A stretch of DNA of 62,022 bases, counting the filler, from Choristocarpus tenellus KU-1152 (Eukaryota; Protista; Phaeophyceae): NCBI GenBank assembly GCA_964200185.2. It is 8 parts of 8 records of this genome, joined end to end, with 100 filler letters (N's around TTAATTAATTAA, not from the genome) between each part and the next. Parts side by side here need not be neighbours in the genome. Positions count along the whole stretch, not along the records: positions 17,364 to 31,921 come from CAXNAD020001162.1; positions 32,022 to 36,804 come from CAXNAD020013079.1; positions 36,905 to 51,311 come from CAXNAD020001200.1; 5 more parts are not named here. The stretch is one strand, 5' to 3'. This document shows, piece after piece, positions 25,128 to 37,300 of the stretch; the stretch's first letter is position 1, and every line of letters begins with the position of its first letter. The notes under the pieces were generated by a model. That model did not search any database. It worked only from the letters and a program-made list of their open reading frames with translations, and was not told where the DNA came from. The translations under genes were made by a program, and so were the position numbers.

Positions 25128-25420
25128 GAGTGAAAGTATCTTAGAGGGTGTGATAGTACCCTGAGCCTAACCCTAACCCTAACCCTAACCCTAACCCTGT
25201 TTATCCGTTTGGGGCTTGGCTTCCCACGGGGTTTTTTGTGACATTTTACCTACTCCGAATGTTTTGGAGTAGGTAAAATGTTTAGGTTAGGAAAAGGAGT
25301 ATCTACAACAAGGGTATTGAAACTCCTAACAAATACAATAGCCAAAATTACATCAAAATCGCAACATTGGGTTGTGGCACCCAAATGGACGCGGCTCTAC
25401 CCTCTAAGATACTTTGACTC
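25128..25420 (-). mobile_element. MITE family A, copy 4, with telomeric insert
   Basis: TSD GGAG/GGAG; (CCCTAA)n at 25166-25198. Confidence 0.95.
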
Positions 25421-28071
25421 GGAGGTGGTAACCTTCCACCCAAAACCTAGGCAGGGTTGGGCAAGGTTGGATAGATCTTGGCAACACAGTTTGAAAATGT
25501 TGCAATCCAAAGTGCTTTGAGAGGTTTGTTGATCCTAACGCTATGTTGGGTGCTAAGGTTCGGCAGGATCGGGATAGATTCTGGCCTCTACCTGGTCAAA
25601 TGGATAGGAAAATGTTTATTTTGGACAGAGCGCCTGGAGGACATGTCCCAACGCTAATGGCCCCAAAGGCACACTTGCCACTGTTGTCGATGAACACATG
25701 AAGGTTGAACATGTTTGCTACAAGATACAAGGAGTATTTGTTGCCACTTTCAATATTCTCAACACTTTAATCACTTTTTGTAAGGGGACAAAAGGCGCAG
25801 AGTGCTTCAGTTGGACGGCAAGGTAAGCACAATATATCTTCTTGTCTAGTACTTAGTGGTAAAATCTGCTTGTAAAGCGCCAATTTTCACACTTCCCTCG
25901 ACGTCAAAATAAAACCACTCTGTCCGATTGTTAGTATGCAAAGGTCTGACATATCTCATGCTCTTTTGTATGCGTGTATATTGATTGCATGCATGCATTT
26001 GGGATTTTGGTTGCAGATGGGCGTAGCAGGATGAGTTAGGTGAGAGAGTGTCGTTTGGTATTTTTGCTGTGTGGTAAGTGCCTGTTTTGTTGTGATATTG
26101 TATCGACACAGCTGACAGCAAGTGGTTCAACATTATGAAATTTGTAGTCATATTTGATTCGTATTCGAGAGTTCAGAACAGAACCCGTGCTATAAAACAT
26201 TGTTAACCCCCCCCCCCCTCCTCCCTTCTGTGTCATAATTGGTAATTATATTTTTACCATTAGTCATCCCTCTGCGTTCAATGATTTTCCTTCCTTTCCT
26301 GTTAGTTGGGTCACCATAGCAATTACCCAATAGAGGTGGCGAAATTGTGCTCTACTTCATCCGTACCGTCAAAAGTGAATGAACGGTTTGTTGTGGTAAA
26401 TGTGTATGGAGCCTGTGGGGTTGGTACAGAGGCGTCTTTTTTGGGATATATAAACATATCCCCACCAAGCTGAAGCCTCCATGTTGCGTTTGCCAATCCT
26501 CCACAAAATACGTGTCTCTTTTGTAAGTACCCTTATTTCTAACTAGCATCAGCCAATTTTGATTTTACATCGTTCATTGGAAATTGCACTAATCTTAGGA
26601 TTGGAACCCGACTCATGATGAACAAGGAAGTCAGAAGGAGACGACGCAAAAACAGTATATTATCCGGAAAATCCAAGAGAAATTATAAAAATATATACTC
26701 GATGTACCACTATCATCTAGTACCATGAAGAGGTCATCCACCTTGACACATAACTAACATCGCGAAGATCTTAATGAAAAAGAGTAGTACAAATTACAGC
26801 ACATCCCCTTTGCTCCAATGCTAATAACGACCATGGGAATGAAGGTACAGTTTACTAGACTGTGATAGGAAGTTAAAAAAGGAAAAACATGTGCATCATT
26901 CTACAGATGTATCTTTTCTCCCTTCCTCTCGTACATTCACGTATATTTATGGACAAACCGGGCATACCACAATCATCATTCACAGACTCTGACCTTCATC
27001 AACACATCCTCTACCGTTTGAATTCTCGGACTCTAAAGGCAGAAAAATTGACAGGTTGTTCCTCGAACATGAGAACAGAGGGTAAGATGTATGCTGAACC
27101 ACTCTGGAATGTTTGTTACAAACCAAGGAATGTTGTCTCTTCCCTTCCTCAGATATGTTTAGGGCTAAGATCTGCCTGAAAGAGTGGGATTAGGCCCTAT
27201 ACTCGAATGAGATACCATGGAATATATAGCTAATTCTGTTGTACGTACTTGTGGTTGTTTCTACCTCAAATCAACACATATGCACTAGGTCTGGCAATAT
27301 ACATACACTTACTATTTCGCTTGCCATATATTTCTTATGTTACATTTCAATGTTAAGCAAAGTACTACTTTGCCAACAAATGGTGTGGTTCGTTCAAAAT
27401 TAATGTAAACAAGCCTACAATGGAAAACGATAGTTCTTTGTTCACAATCAAGAGGGCACAGCGCTTTAACCCTATTCAACAAATAATGGTCACGTTTCGT
27501 TTGTTATAGTGCACTGCAATCTCTACTAGTATTTTAGTTGAAATTCGTGTAATAACGACCAAGTTATTCAACTATCGTTGCTCAAAATCCTGGGGACTGC
27601 ATGTATCTCCGTTCACGCACTATTTCCTACATAAACGTCAGCTGCAAGAGCTTCACCCTCCGCTGTGCCCTCTTGACCATGAAACTACTTTAGACTTAGT
27701 ATTATCTGTCCTTGGGGCCACATTTGTCATGCAAAGATGCTCTAGATCGGTTGTGGGAGGACTAAGGCGACGTTTGGGGAGATTGGAGATGGAGAACAGA
27801 AGTTAGGCGAACAGAACAGGATTAAACAGTGGTGAACGAGTTTGGAAGGTGGTATTTAGAAGTTTGGGGTGATAGTTGAGGGTTGGAGGGCAACAGCAAC
27901 AAATCAGCATATAGGTGACACACACGACTAATTGGAGTCAAGGTCATGGATTGCGAGTAGCACCAGAGAGAGGTAGTGATAGCTCACGTCATGTTAAAGC
28001 AGCACACAAAGTAGACCAAGTAGATCAATACCTCGAATCAGTCAATTTTGTCAAATCAATTCTACCTTTTC

Positions 28072-30266
28072 TCATTTACTTCTATCATGCACATAGATTG
28101 AAGTCTTGAGTCCCTTTCCTTTTTCTTGTGCGTGCTGTATGAGAGAGTGGTGGTAGTGTTCGTCATGGATGGAATGGAACGTAACACTGACGTTTTCCTT
28201 GCTCTTCGTCTCTGTTTTCGTTTTAGTAGGACCCGGTGATGATATGTCAATGGGGATGGCGTACCCCATGAATTGAGTGAATGTTGATTGGTGAGAACAT
28301 AGGAGCAGCAAAGCATCGCTCACAGTACGTTAAATTCGATGTGAATCATAGTGAAGAAACTACTCCTTAGCATGAGGCATCATCATTCCAAGCACACATA
28401 ATCCATTATGCTCCACTTGTTAGCACTTGTATTATTTTGTCTCATCAATATTGAACAGGGGGAACAAAGAATTTCCGAGTAAAAAAAGCAACAGCTACAC
28501 CTCAGGATTCTATTGTTGGGGAATGTTGACATAGAAAATGCACTTTCGATTTCGCAGAGATTGGAACATAAGGGTATAAACACAAATAAACACTAAGCTA
28601 TATTTAATACCTATCAGCCAGAGATGTCTTAATCGTGAATCAGGCTGGCTTGAGAAAACATACTTTGTCATCTACTCTGTGAAACACGGGTCTAGGAACA
28701 TCACTATTCTCGCCCTTTGGCACACCGTCCTATGAAGATATAAAAACGTAGATGCCAGCGTACATGGTTATATTACATTCAGGTATCTCTCCATAAGCAC
28801 ATCATCCTGAAACATAAATGATCCATCTGCCAACACCAACATGCTGGTCTCACAGATATTGCTTCCTGCTAATGAAGAAACATTGTAATGACTTAATTGC
28901 TCACACAAGGAAGACCCTGTTACATCAACCCAAAATAATATCCAGGGCAAGAAGTTAAAAATAAATATGACAAAATAGACAATTTAGCTCAAGATGGGAC
29001 TCTCCTCATGGAGTGGTCATTTGAACAACCTGACGATTCAACACTGTTGCCCGAGTTTCTAACAGTAAATTTCTCCCTGGTGCCGAACGCCATGTTGAAG
29101 ACAGGAATACCATAGTGTCAAGAGAGATGTGAACATATCTTGAGCACCATTCAATTACAACTAATTTACTTGCAAGTTCGCTGGTGCTTTTGTACGACTT
29201 GGAGGCGAAGTTGTAGACGTAGATCGCTGTCCCTAATAATGCAAGTAAAAAGTAGAGTCTAACAAACTTTGTCTCACAACACTTGCGTAACTCAGTCCTC
29301 CGGAAGAATCCCATCCACAAGAGTATTGGCGCCATGAGAAGGCCACTTGCTGACTGGACGACAGAAAAGGAGTGCCTGACCCATTCGTCATGCTGCAAGG
29401 AGGTGTGGAAGACAAGTAAGAACATCAAGAGGTGTTAGGTACTTACTCGGACAACTCTTCCACAATCACGGACAATTCTTCCATTTAGCGCAGTGTTGAA
29501 AGTCTAAGAACATGGTAACATTGTACGTCAAATGTCAGGGCGTGATCTAAATGCTGGGGATGCACGCTAGCCAGTCCTATATTGGGGATTCCCTTTGGCG
29601 TTGATACAAAGATCTAAGTGCTATGAAGCATGCACACACTTTGTGTTTTTCCCTCTATAGCATATAAACGTTTTGAATGCATGTGAAACAGTATCGAGCA
29701 GTGCAGCCGTCTTAATCCTAGTGAATATTAACCATCACTCTACTGTAGCTTTGAGGAACAAAAACCAGCCCACCTTGGCATTGCCTACCCAGTAGGTGCC
29801 TGTGCACAAGAGCCAGGAAGAACACAAAGAAAGCATAAGAGGAGGGGGAGAGGGGAAGAAAGAACCATTGAGTCAGTACATACACGTAGATACAAGTGGT
29901 GCTACGTACTACTATAACGAGGTATTCATTTTCTCAAGGTACGTATTTTTTGTCATAGGTTTTGATAATGCCTTGGGTTAAGTAAAGTACCTAAGAATCA
30001 CATATCTCAACACTTGCAGTTCAGGTGACAGAAATGAAATTTCGTGAGGGGTAAAACTTACCGCCAGTAACTACAACTGAATTCCAAAAGATTGCCGAGG
30101 ACAGGGCCATTATGACAGCCATACCAATCGAAGCTATCGCGAAATTTTGAGCGTCTTTGATCTTGACACGTTGGCATCTCCTGAAACTCTGCAAAACACG
30201 TTTTGTTTTGTGCAAAGAAAGGGCACAGGGGGTGCAAAAATATTTTGAACAAATACCGATCAGCAT
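28072..30266 (-). CDS. Multi-exon gene or pseudogene for a multi-pass membrane protein of unknown function
   Basis: Co-oriented ORFs 30021-30266, 29006-29428 and 28768-28950 with hydrophobic helices (FAIASIGMAVIMALSSAIFW; LYFLLALLGTAIYVY). Exon structure unresolved. Confidence 0.45.
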
Positions 30267-31766
30267 GCAAAGACTCTTAGAAGAAACAAAAAAATTATGG
30301 TAAGGCCAGCATCTGGTGTTGCTCAGGGCGTCCCAAGCACATGCATAGTCATGCTCTGTTGGTCACAGCACACTATTATAACCAATTGCAAGTTCTTCAG
30401 TTGCAATTTAATGCTGTGATGAATGCATTCGCATTCAGTATACTTCTCACTATACAGTGAAACTTTGTAATCAGTCATCCATGTCACAACAAGGTACGTG
30501 CAATATTCAACAAAACTGGCACTAGCCCTGCTGTATAGATTCGACAAGAAACTGAGACACATATGTCAACGGTCTCACTGAACGGTATAGAGAAATCCAC
30601 TTGCCCCTGTCCGTGTTCATTGTATGAGAATGCTGTGCAAGGACGTAAGGCAACAATATTTGAGTCTTCCGTTCCCCAAGAAGTAAAAATCCCCTAAATA
30701 CGATCTCTTGTCAGATAGTATGACTGGGGCAGTAACAATTCTCTATGGATTTCCACATCCCTGAAATATTGGGTAGCTATGACTTTTACACATGAGAATC
30801 AATGTCACTCCGAAAGAAGAAACTCAGATCATACTTCCTCCAAAGTGCCAATCAATCCGTTTCGAATCCATTTGAAGTAGTGGTTCAGCGTGAAATCTCT
30901 TCAAAAACAATTGCTACTGAGTAATGAATTAACCGCCTGGAAGTGGATAATTATATGCACAATGAAATTTTGACATCCATGTGGTATCAGCTTCGTGCAT
31001 CATCATGTGCCTTGTTCTTACGTGGTTTTTTCTTTTAAATATCCAGATATCACTGTTGGTGTACTGGAAGGCCTTTATTTGAATACAAATATTATACCCA
31101 CTTGACATTTTTGACATGTTGTGATGAAGGGAGTGTAAGAAGTTTCTTATGAGGTTGATGAATACAACAAAAGAGCATTTACAATACACACTCTCTATTG
31201 TCGTGTTTGTGCTATTCTCTACCTTGGATGTTGCTTCTTATCGTATGTCATCATCATATACTCATAGGGATAAGAAAAATCCTCATAATAATTCAGCATA
31301 ACATAGGCCCTATTGCCTCTTGATTCTTGAGAGGTTACATCTACAGCACAATATATGTGTATCTATGTATATGTGGCGCAGTACCATCACCTCGTTTGTT
31401 AGCACACATTCTGCCATGACACTAATTAATTAACGTTCTTTGTTCCTTCAAGATGCCTGTTAATATTTACGTTGTCACTATTCGTTTCCTAGGATAACAC
31501 TCGGAACCCTGATGTGTCACGTCAGATGTCCAGGAGAGCGTTTGAGATCAATTCCTACAAAATCGCTGTTGTCGACATCAATTTGCACCTCTAAGTAACG
31601 CTACATGATGAGACGGTTAAGTCGCAAAATTCAGCCGTTACGTTGTCCGAGGTCTGGTGTGCAGGACTGCGAAGAGTGTTGCGTACAAAAAAAAGGAAAA
31701 TAAGAACGTTTGCGTTTCATGACGGAGTCAGAGCAGCGGTGCTGGTTCTCTGAGGGTTTACTTAGA

Positions 31767-31921
31767 AGGTCAAAAGTATCTAGGGGGGGGAGGTGTCGGC
31801 ATCCGTTTTTCACCCTTTTTTCGATTTCACTTTATAGGTGTGATTTGGTCGCACGTGTCGGATTTGAAATGTCAGCAAAAAAAAAGAGTTGTTTGACCGA
31901 AACGGACGACCCCTCACAAAC
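31767..31921 (+). mobile_element. MITE family B copy truncated by contig end
   Basis: Closely similar to 18624-18776. Confidence 0.92.
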
Positions 31922-32021
31922 NNNNNNNNNNNNNNNNNNNNNNNNNNNNNNNNNNNNNNNNNNNNTTAATTAATTAANNNNNNNNNNNNNNNNNNNNNNN
32001 NNNNNNNNNNNNNNNNNNNNN
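31922..32021. other. Artificial contig linker
   Basis: Same 100-nt spacer. Confidence 0.98.
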
Positions 32022-32070
32022 TATTTCCCCCCTCCCCCCCCCCCCCCCCCCCCCCTCTCCCCTTCACTAG

Positions 32071-32183
32071 GTGGATGGGCCCTTCAGTCCTCGTCAGGGC
32101 CATGCCGCAGTGTGTCACCAGGGATCGGTGCTGGTGTTTGGAGGTGTGGAGAATGTCACAGACTATGTCAATGACTGCTACAG
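32071..32183 (+). CDS. Kelch-repeat exon
   Basis: AG|VDGPFSPRQGHAAVCHQGSVLVFGGVENVTDYVNDCY|GT; phase 2 matches the next exon. Confidence 0.88.
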
Positions 32184-32363
32184 GTGGGAGGGAGGATAGG
32201 TATGGCCTAGGGTGGCTCTGATGTTGTAAGGATTGTTAACACTTTTTTTTTCTTAATTACTGGGTAGAATGCGTTCAAATTGCACTGGTGTATGTAGACA
32301 TGCCAGATTCTACTTGGAGGTTTGTCTTTGGAAGCTCTTTGGACTTTGTTAACTTTTTGTTAG

Positions 32364-33627
32364 AGTGCAGGCATTTTCTCAGTTACCACCTCCCCCAAAA
32401 CAACTCCACCCCATACTAAATGTTAGAGCTGTGACAGAGGAGGAAGAGCACAGGACACAGCATCTGCCAGAAGACTTAACAGAAAGCCTTGCAAGACAGG
32501 GGCCTAGCTTCGGAGAGAGCCCTACTGCGCTAGAGACAGGTTCAAGGAGGGAGAGAGAGGGGAGTGGAGAAGGGTCACTTGAGGCCAGGGCAGATACAAC
32601 GTTGGGGACTAGTGGGGGTACAACATCAAGGGAGCAGCAGGGAGGGGGGTCTGGGGCAGGCGCTGGGGCAGACGCACCATCCAATGAGGCCATTGAAGCA
32701 GAGATCTGGGGGTGGTTTGGGGCTGACACTCCGTCAACTAGTAGTGGTCAGGCTGGAAGAGGGGAGGGGGTGGGGGGAGGGCTTTCAACCATCATGGCAG
32801 GCAATGCAGGTCTCGACTCAGTGGGGGTGGGAGAGGCGCCTCATGCTGGTGGACTCTCTCAGGAAATTGGTGTTTGTGTTAATCCAGCAGCTGGAATTGA
32901 AAATGACAATTTTGCTGCTGCTCTACCTACACCCAATGCAGTGGGGTTGTTGCCAGATGCAAGTCAGAACTCCCCACATGTTAGTACTTTGGGTGGAGGT
33001 GCGGGGGTCAGCACTGTGGCACTGGCAGAACGCCTTTCCAGGGTGGCTGCAGGCCGAGCTATTCTTGACATCCTTAGAGAAGGAAATCGTCTGGTGGCAT
33101 CACACATTCAAACCGCTGTCAGTAGCAACGTCCGTAGCAGCTCTGGGGCAGCAGGGTGGGCTCTGGGCTCTGATGCAACATTGAAGGATGAGGAGACATT
33201 AGAGGTTGGAGAGAACAGGGTGGGGAGGGGGGGGGAGGGAGGACTGGTCAATACTGCGCGGTCTAATGCTCATGACCTTGCTGCTGTTGTGGGTGTGTCT
33301 GGTGAGTTGCCTGTGGGCATATCCAGCATAGCTTCCGATCCTTACAATATGGCATTTTCAGAAATTGGTGAGGGAGATCCAAGTAGGGAGGGGAGCAACA
33401 TGACAGGTGTTTGGGGGAAGGATCTTCAAGATGCTGTGACTCAAAACCGGGCACAGATTGATGCTATGCAGCATGAGATAAGGGACCTAGTGAGGAGGAA
33501 GGATGGTATGGATCTTAAGCAGAAGGTACAGACTCTGATGGAGAAGAGGGCTGCCTTGGCTAGGGAGGCATTGCCAGTCACAAATGCGCTGTTGGAGCAG
33601 CTGGAGGGGATGGCAAAGGCTCAAGAG
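32364..33627 (+). CDS. Large exon of the Kelch gene: disordered region plus coiled coil
   Basis: TAG acceptor at 32363, 421 open codons, heptad-like LQDAVTQNRAQIDAMQHEIRDL, GT donor at 33628. Confidence 0.85.
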
Positions 33628-34492
33628 GTGTTGAATTATTGTTTGAAGGGCTGGGGGCGGAGGGGGGAAAGGAGGTATCAATGTGTTGTCAATATATATT
33701 GCAAAGAGAATAGAGCTGTTGCCTTGCAGGGGGGGAGGGAGGGTTCTTTCAATATTTTTACTTGACCCATTTTTTTTTTCTTTTAGGGTTTTAATTATTT
33801 TCTTTTTTATCTACAGCAAATTAGTGTGCATTGTGATTGGAGGGTGGTATTTGTGACCGCGAGCCTTGGACACATTGTTATTATAGGTATCTTCCTTTGT
33901 TTTCTTGCCTTTTGAGTTTCCTCTTGTAGAGAAACTGTTCTTTGGCAACAAGAAGAAATTTGTCCCTCCTGCAGTTTCAAGGAGTTGTAGAGATTCAGCA
34001 GGCAAGAAAACTATTGCTATTCTTCGAAACCCCGACCTTTCAGCCGCTACACAGTATTACAGGACCTTTGTCAACTGATCCATTTTCCGATTGCTGAAAG
34101 AAATGTTGGTCAGTCCCCCCTTCCCCTAACCCAGGCAAGGAGGAGCTACGTTTCATATAGATCGCAATCCTTGTACTGAAGTGTTTAGAGCAGGCACATA
34201 TTGATGGAGTTCATACGTTGAAGTAGTACAAAATATGCAAACTGGCATTGGCATTTGGTCAACTCCACTGCTTGTGGAGCCCTTCTGCAGGGGTCAGGCG
34301 ATGGGCAGAGTGAATACTGATTGGAAAGGGGATTTGCATATGTTCAAGTAATTCATGGTAGTCTTGTTGATATCATGACTCTGGAAGCCATTGCTACAAT
34401 CTCATTCTTGGCATTATATAGTGTGGCAACCCAGCATTCATACTCCTGTTGTAAGCCCCCCCCCCCCCCACCCCTACTCTACCCCTGTGAAG

Positions 34493-35461
34493 TCAAACCG
34501 TGCCAATATTGTGACAGTCATGCATGAGCTAGAATCCCTGGCGGAGGCAGTGGGGGGACGTGTGTGGGAGCTCATTCTCAGCCAAAGTTTGCAGCAAACA
34601 GGAAATGAGAAGAACAATGCATCCCAAGCTGGAGGGATACACATTGATAATGATGATGGGAGTAGACACTCTGTAGCCTCCATAGTGGCAGGAAACAGCA
34701 GCCCGATGGCGACAGGGGACAGGGAGAAGGAATCTGGAGTCTTGACGAATGGATTGGGAGGTCGTGTGAGAATTGAAGAGGGGACTGAAGGAGAGGAAAG
34801 GGATGAGAAGGATGGACGCAGGAGATCATCGGGGCAAGAGGAAGGTGAGGAAGGTCTGGTGATGAACGAGGTGATGAGGCGGTGGACTTCCCTTCTTGAT
34901 GGGAGCATGCCTGAGGATGAAGGCAGTGTGATGATCGACACAGAAACCAGGCGCACCGATAGGATCATGGAGGGCAGCAGGATAGACAACCTACAAAAGT
35001 TGTTTGCAAGTACCTTTGAGGAGCTTGCCTCTCTGGCTGTGAGAGAGAGGTTCCCCGGGTTTGGTTTGGGGGTGCAAGGGGCAACTATGCAAGACTGTGA
35101 CTTCAACACTGATGGAGCGCTCTTGTCGCTGCGGAGAGAAATGGAACGGCAGTCTAAAGCACTGTCCAAGTTAGCTTCATGGATGGAAAAGACTGTGCCG
35201 GGAACGACAAGTAGCTTTGGGAGAGGAGGAGAGCTGGTGAAGGAGGGAGAAGGAGGGAAGGACAGCAGCAGGGAAGGGGTTGTGGAGGAGGGGCTCAGGC
35301 TTTCTCGGGAGGCTGATGTTGCAGCGGGTCGTGTTTGGGCTGAACGGTTTTCAGCACATGGGAAGGCGGACACAGAGTTGTACTGGATGGGGACCGCTCA
35401 GAAGGAGGTGTCTTTTATGGGGAATGCTTTGCTGGTGCGGGGGCATGACTACCTTTCTCAG
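34493..35461 (+). CDS. Next exon of the Kelch/coiled-coil gene (continues beyond contig)
   Basis: AG acceptor at 34492, phase 0, open frame to donor GTGAGA at 35462. Confidence 0.82.
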
Positions 35462-36744
35462 GTGAGAGGAGCCTAATGAGGGTGTTGCGCTGCCTGTGGT
35501 TGTTGTGTGTGTGTGTGTGTTTTTTGTTTTTTTGTGTGTGTGTCTCGTGTGGTGTTTAGTGTTTGTGAAATATTGTGTATGTCATGGTTCTGTTTAGTGT
35601 GTTGTTCCGTGCTTCTGCGCTACTGGGTAGAGTACTGTGTGCTGAGAGTGCTGAGAGTGTGTGTTTTAGTGTAGTGGGACTGGGTTGCTTGCTGTATGGT
35701 GTTTTGCGTGTGGTGTCTTGTCTCTGTTCTTGGCTAGGTTATGAGGCGATAGATTGGCCATGGCCACTTCCGATTGTGTTTACTGCACCAGGCCCCTACA
35801 CTGTCTTGTCCGCACCCATAAGTGCTCTCACTTATGTAGCACTAAGTATTGCCACAGAGCCTGCTCCAGAGTGCTGTGCAATCGTATTTTGTGTATTACT
35901 GTGCGTAGTGTCAATGAACCGGTAAAACTTGACTTTTTTACAACTACCCGGTTGTGGTAACCACTACCCCCTCACACCTAGGCATTGCCTCCCTGATGCC
36001 ACATCATGAATCAGAAAACGAATTGGTCACGTATAGCTCAAGAAAGAATGCCTTGCATTTGTACAGTTCCAACTTTCAGTCACTAATTCTTATTTAAGAT
36101 TAGTTCTCCTGTAGGAGACAACCTCACATTGAGGATTCCTTGTAGCAGTACTAAGAGCTAATTGGAGAAAAAAAATACGTGTGTTTTTTACTTTTCTAAT
36201 GTCTTGGGAAACAAATGAATTTACTGGTTGTTTTGGGGCAAAGATTTTGTGAGCAAGAAGATTTTCATGGCCTATCTTTCGGCTTCTGTTCTGTGCTGGA
36301 GGTTATCCTACTGACAATGTACTCTGGGTTGTGTGCCTATAGGTACCAATAGGACATTGGATTATTATTATGTCTATGATATATTCCATGCGATAATTCT
36401 TGCGTCCTCTCCTCGATGTGCAGTAGTAGTACTTTCAAAGCTTAGGTAAGGTATGACACACTATTGAAATGAAAGCTAATCTCATAGTAGACACACGGGC
36501 GCAGTTCACATCACACACCATAGAACCAACCCAAGCAGATACAATGTGGTGAGACACTTCAACCTGGTGTTTTATATAAGATTATATGTTTAGTTGGTGC
36601 TACAGTGTGACAATAAAGTGAAGCAGTTGGCGTTGTATGTGAAATCCATTGTACTGTGTTTGTTAAATGCTTAGTATTACACCACTTTGCTGATGTCCGA
36701 TTTTGTACTTGCTGGAATTCCAGAATTTGAGGATTAGTTGGGAA

Positions 36745-36804
36745 GACCCAAAGTATCTGGGGGGGGGGGGAAGGGACAGGGCGAACAAAGAGCAACTGTG
36801 GGAA
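36745..36804 (+). mobile_element. Left end of B-like MITE at contig end
   Basis: GACCCAAAGTATCTGGG plus G run; same start as 61999. Confidence 0.65.
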
Positions 36805-36904
36805 NNNNNNNNNNNNNNNNNNNNNNNNNNNNNNNNNNNNNNNNNNNNTTAATTAATTAANNNNNNNNNNNNNNNNNNNNNNNNNNNNNNNNNNNNNNNN
36901 NNNN
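36805..36904. other. Artificial contig linker
   Basis: Same 100-nt spacer. Confidence 0.98.
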
Positions 36905-36962
36905 TTTGTTGTGGGGGGCGGGTTTTGAAAAGGAAGAAAAAAAAAAACTTTTTTTGCAGAAC

Positions 36963-37000
<38 letters not shown>

Positions 37001-37059
37001 AGATAATTTCAAGAGGGTCTAATACTTCAGTGTTAAAATTTACAGAATACTACACAATT

Positions 37060-37300
37060 TGTGGTGTTGTTGGGATGGTTCATCCTGATCAGGGTGAGGT
37101 AGAGAGAGACTCAAGAGAGGAAATTTTTTCGTGCAGACTTTGTCAAGAGTACGCCCTCTATTCCCGCGGAAATGTAGATCGTGTAAGAAGCGATCAGTTC
37201 GTGGAAGGCAACAAGTTTGTATTCTGAAGAGCAGGAGATAAGTATGATTAATGGACTAGAATGTGGAAGAGTTTGGCGAGAGGAAGCATTGTGGCAAGTA
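37060..37300 (+). pseudogene. Possible hAT dimerisation-domain relic
   Basis: QTLSRVRP...RSCKKRS...ILKSRR*V*LMD*NVE (cf. LSxPxxSxxCERxFS...TKRRxRLxxxNVE). Confidence 0.3.

Noticed and set aside
31423-31433. TAATTAATTAA without Ns
   Set aside because: Single AT-rich occurrence with no flanking discontinuity; chance match.
34474-35373. 299-aa minus-strand ORF (and similar ORFs at 14597-15082 and 49686-50096)
   Set aside because: These are antisense shadows of real coding frames.
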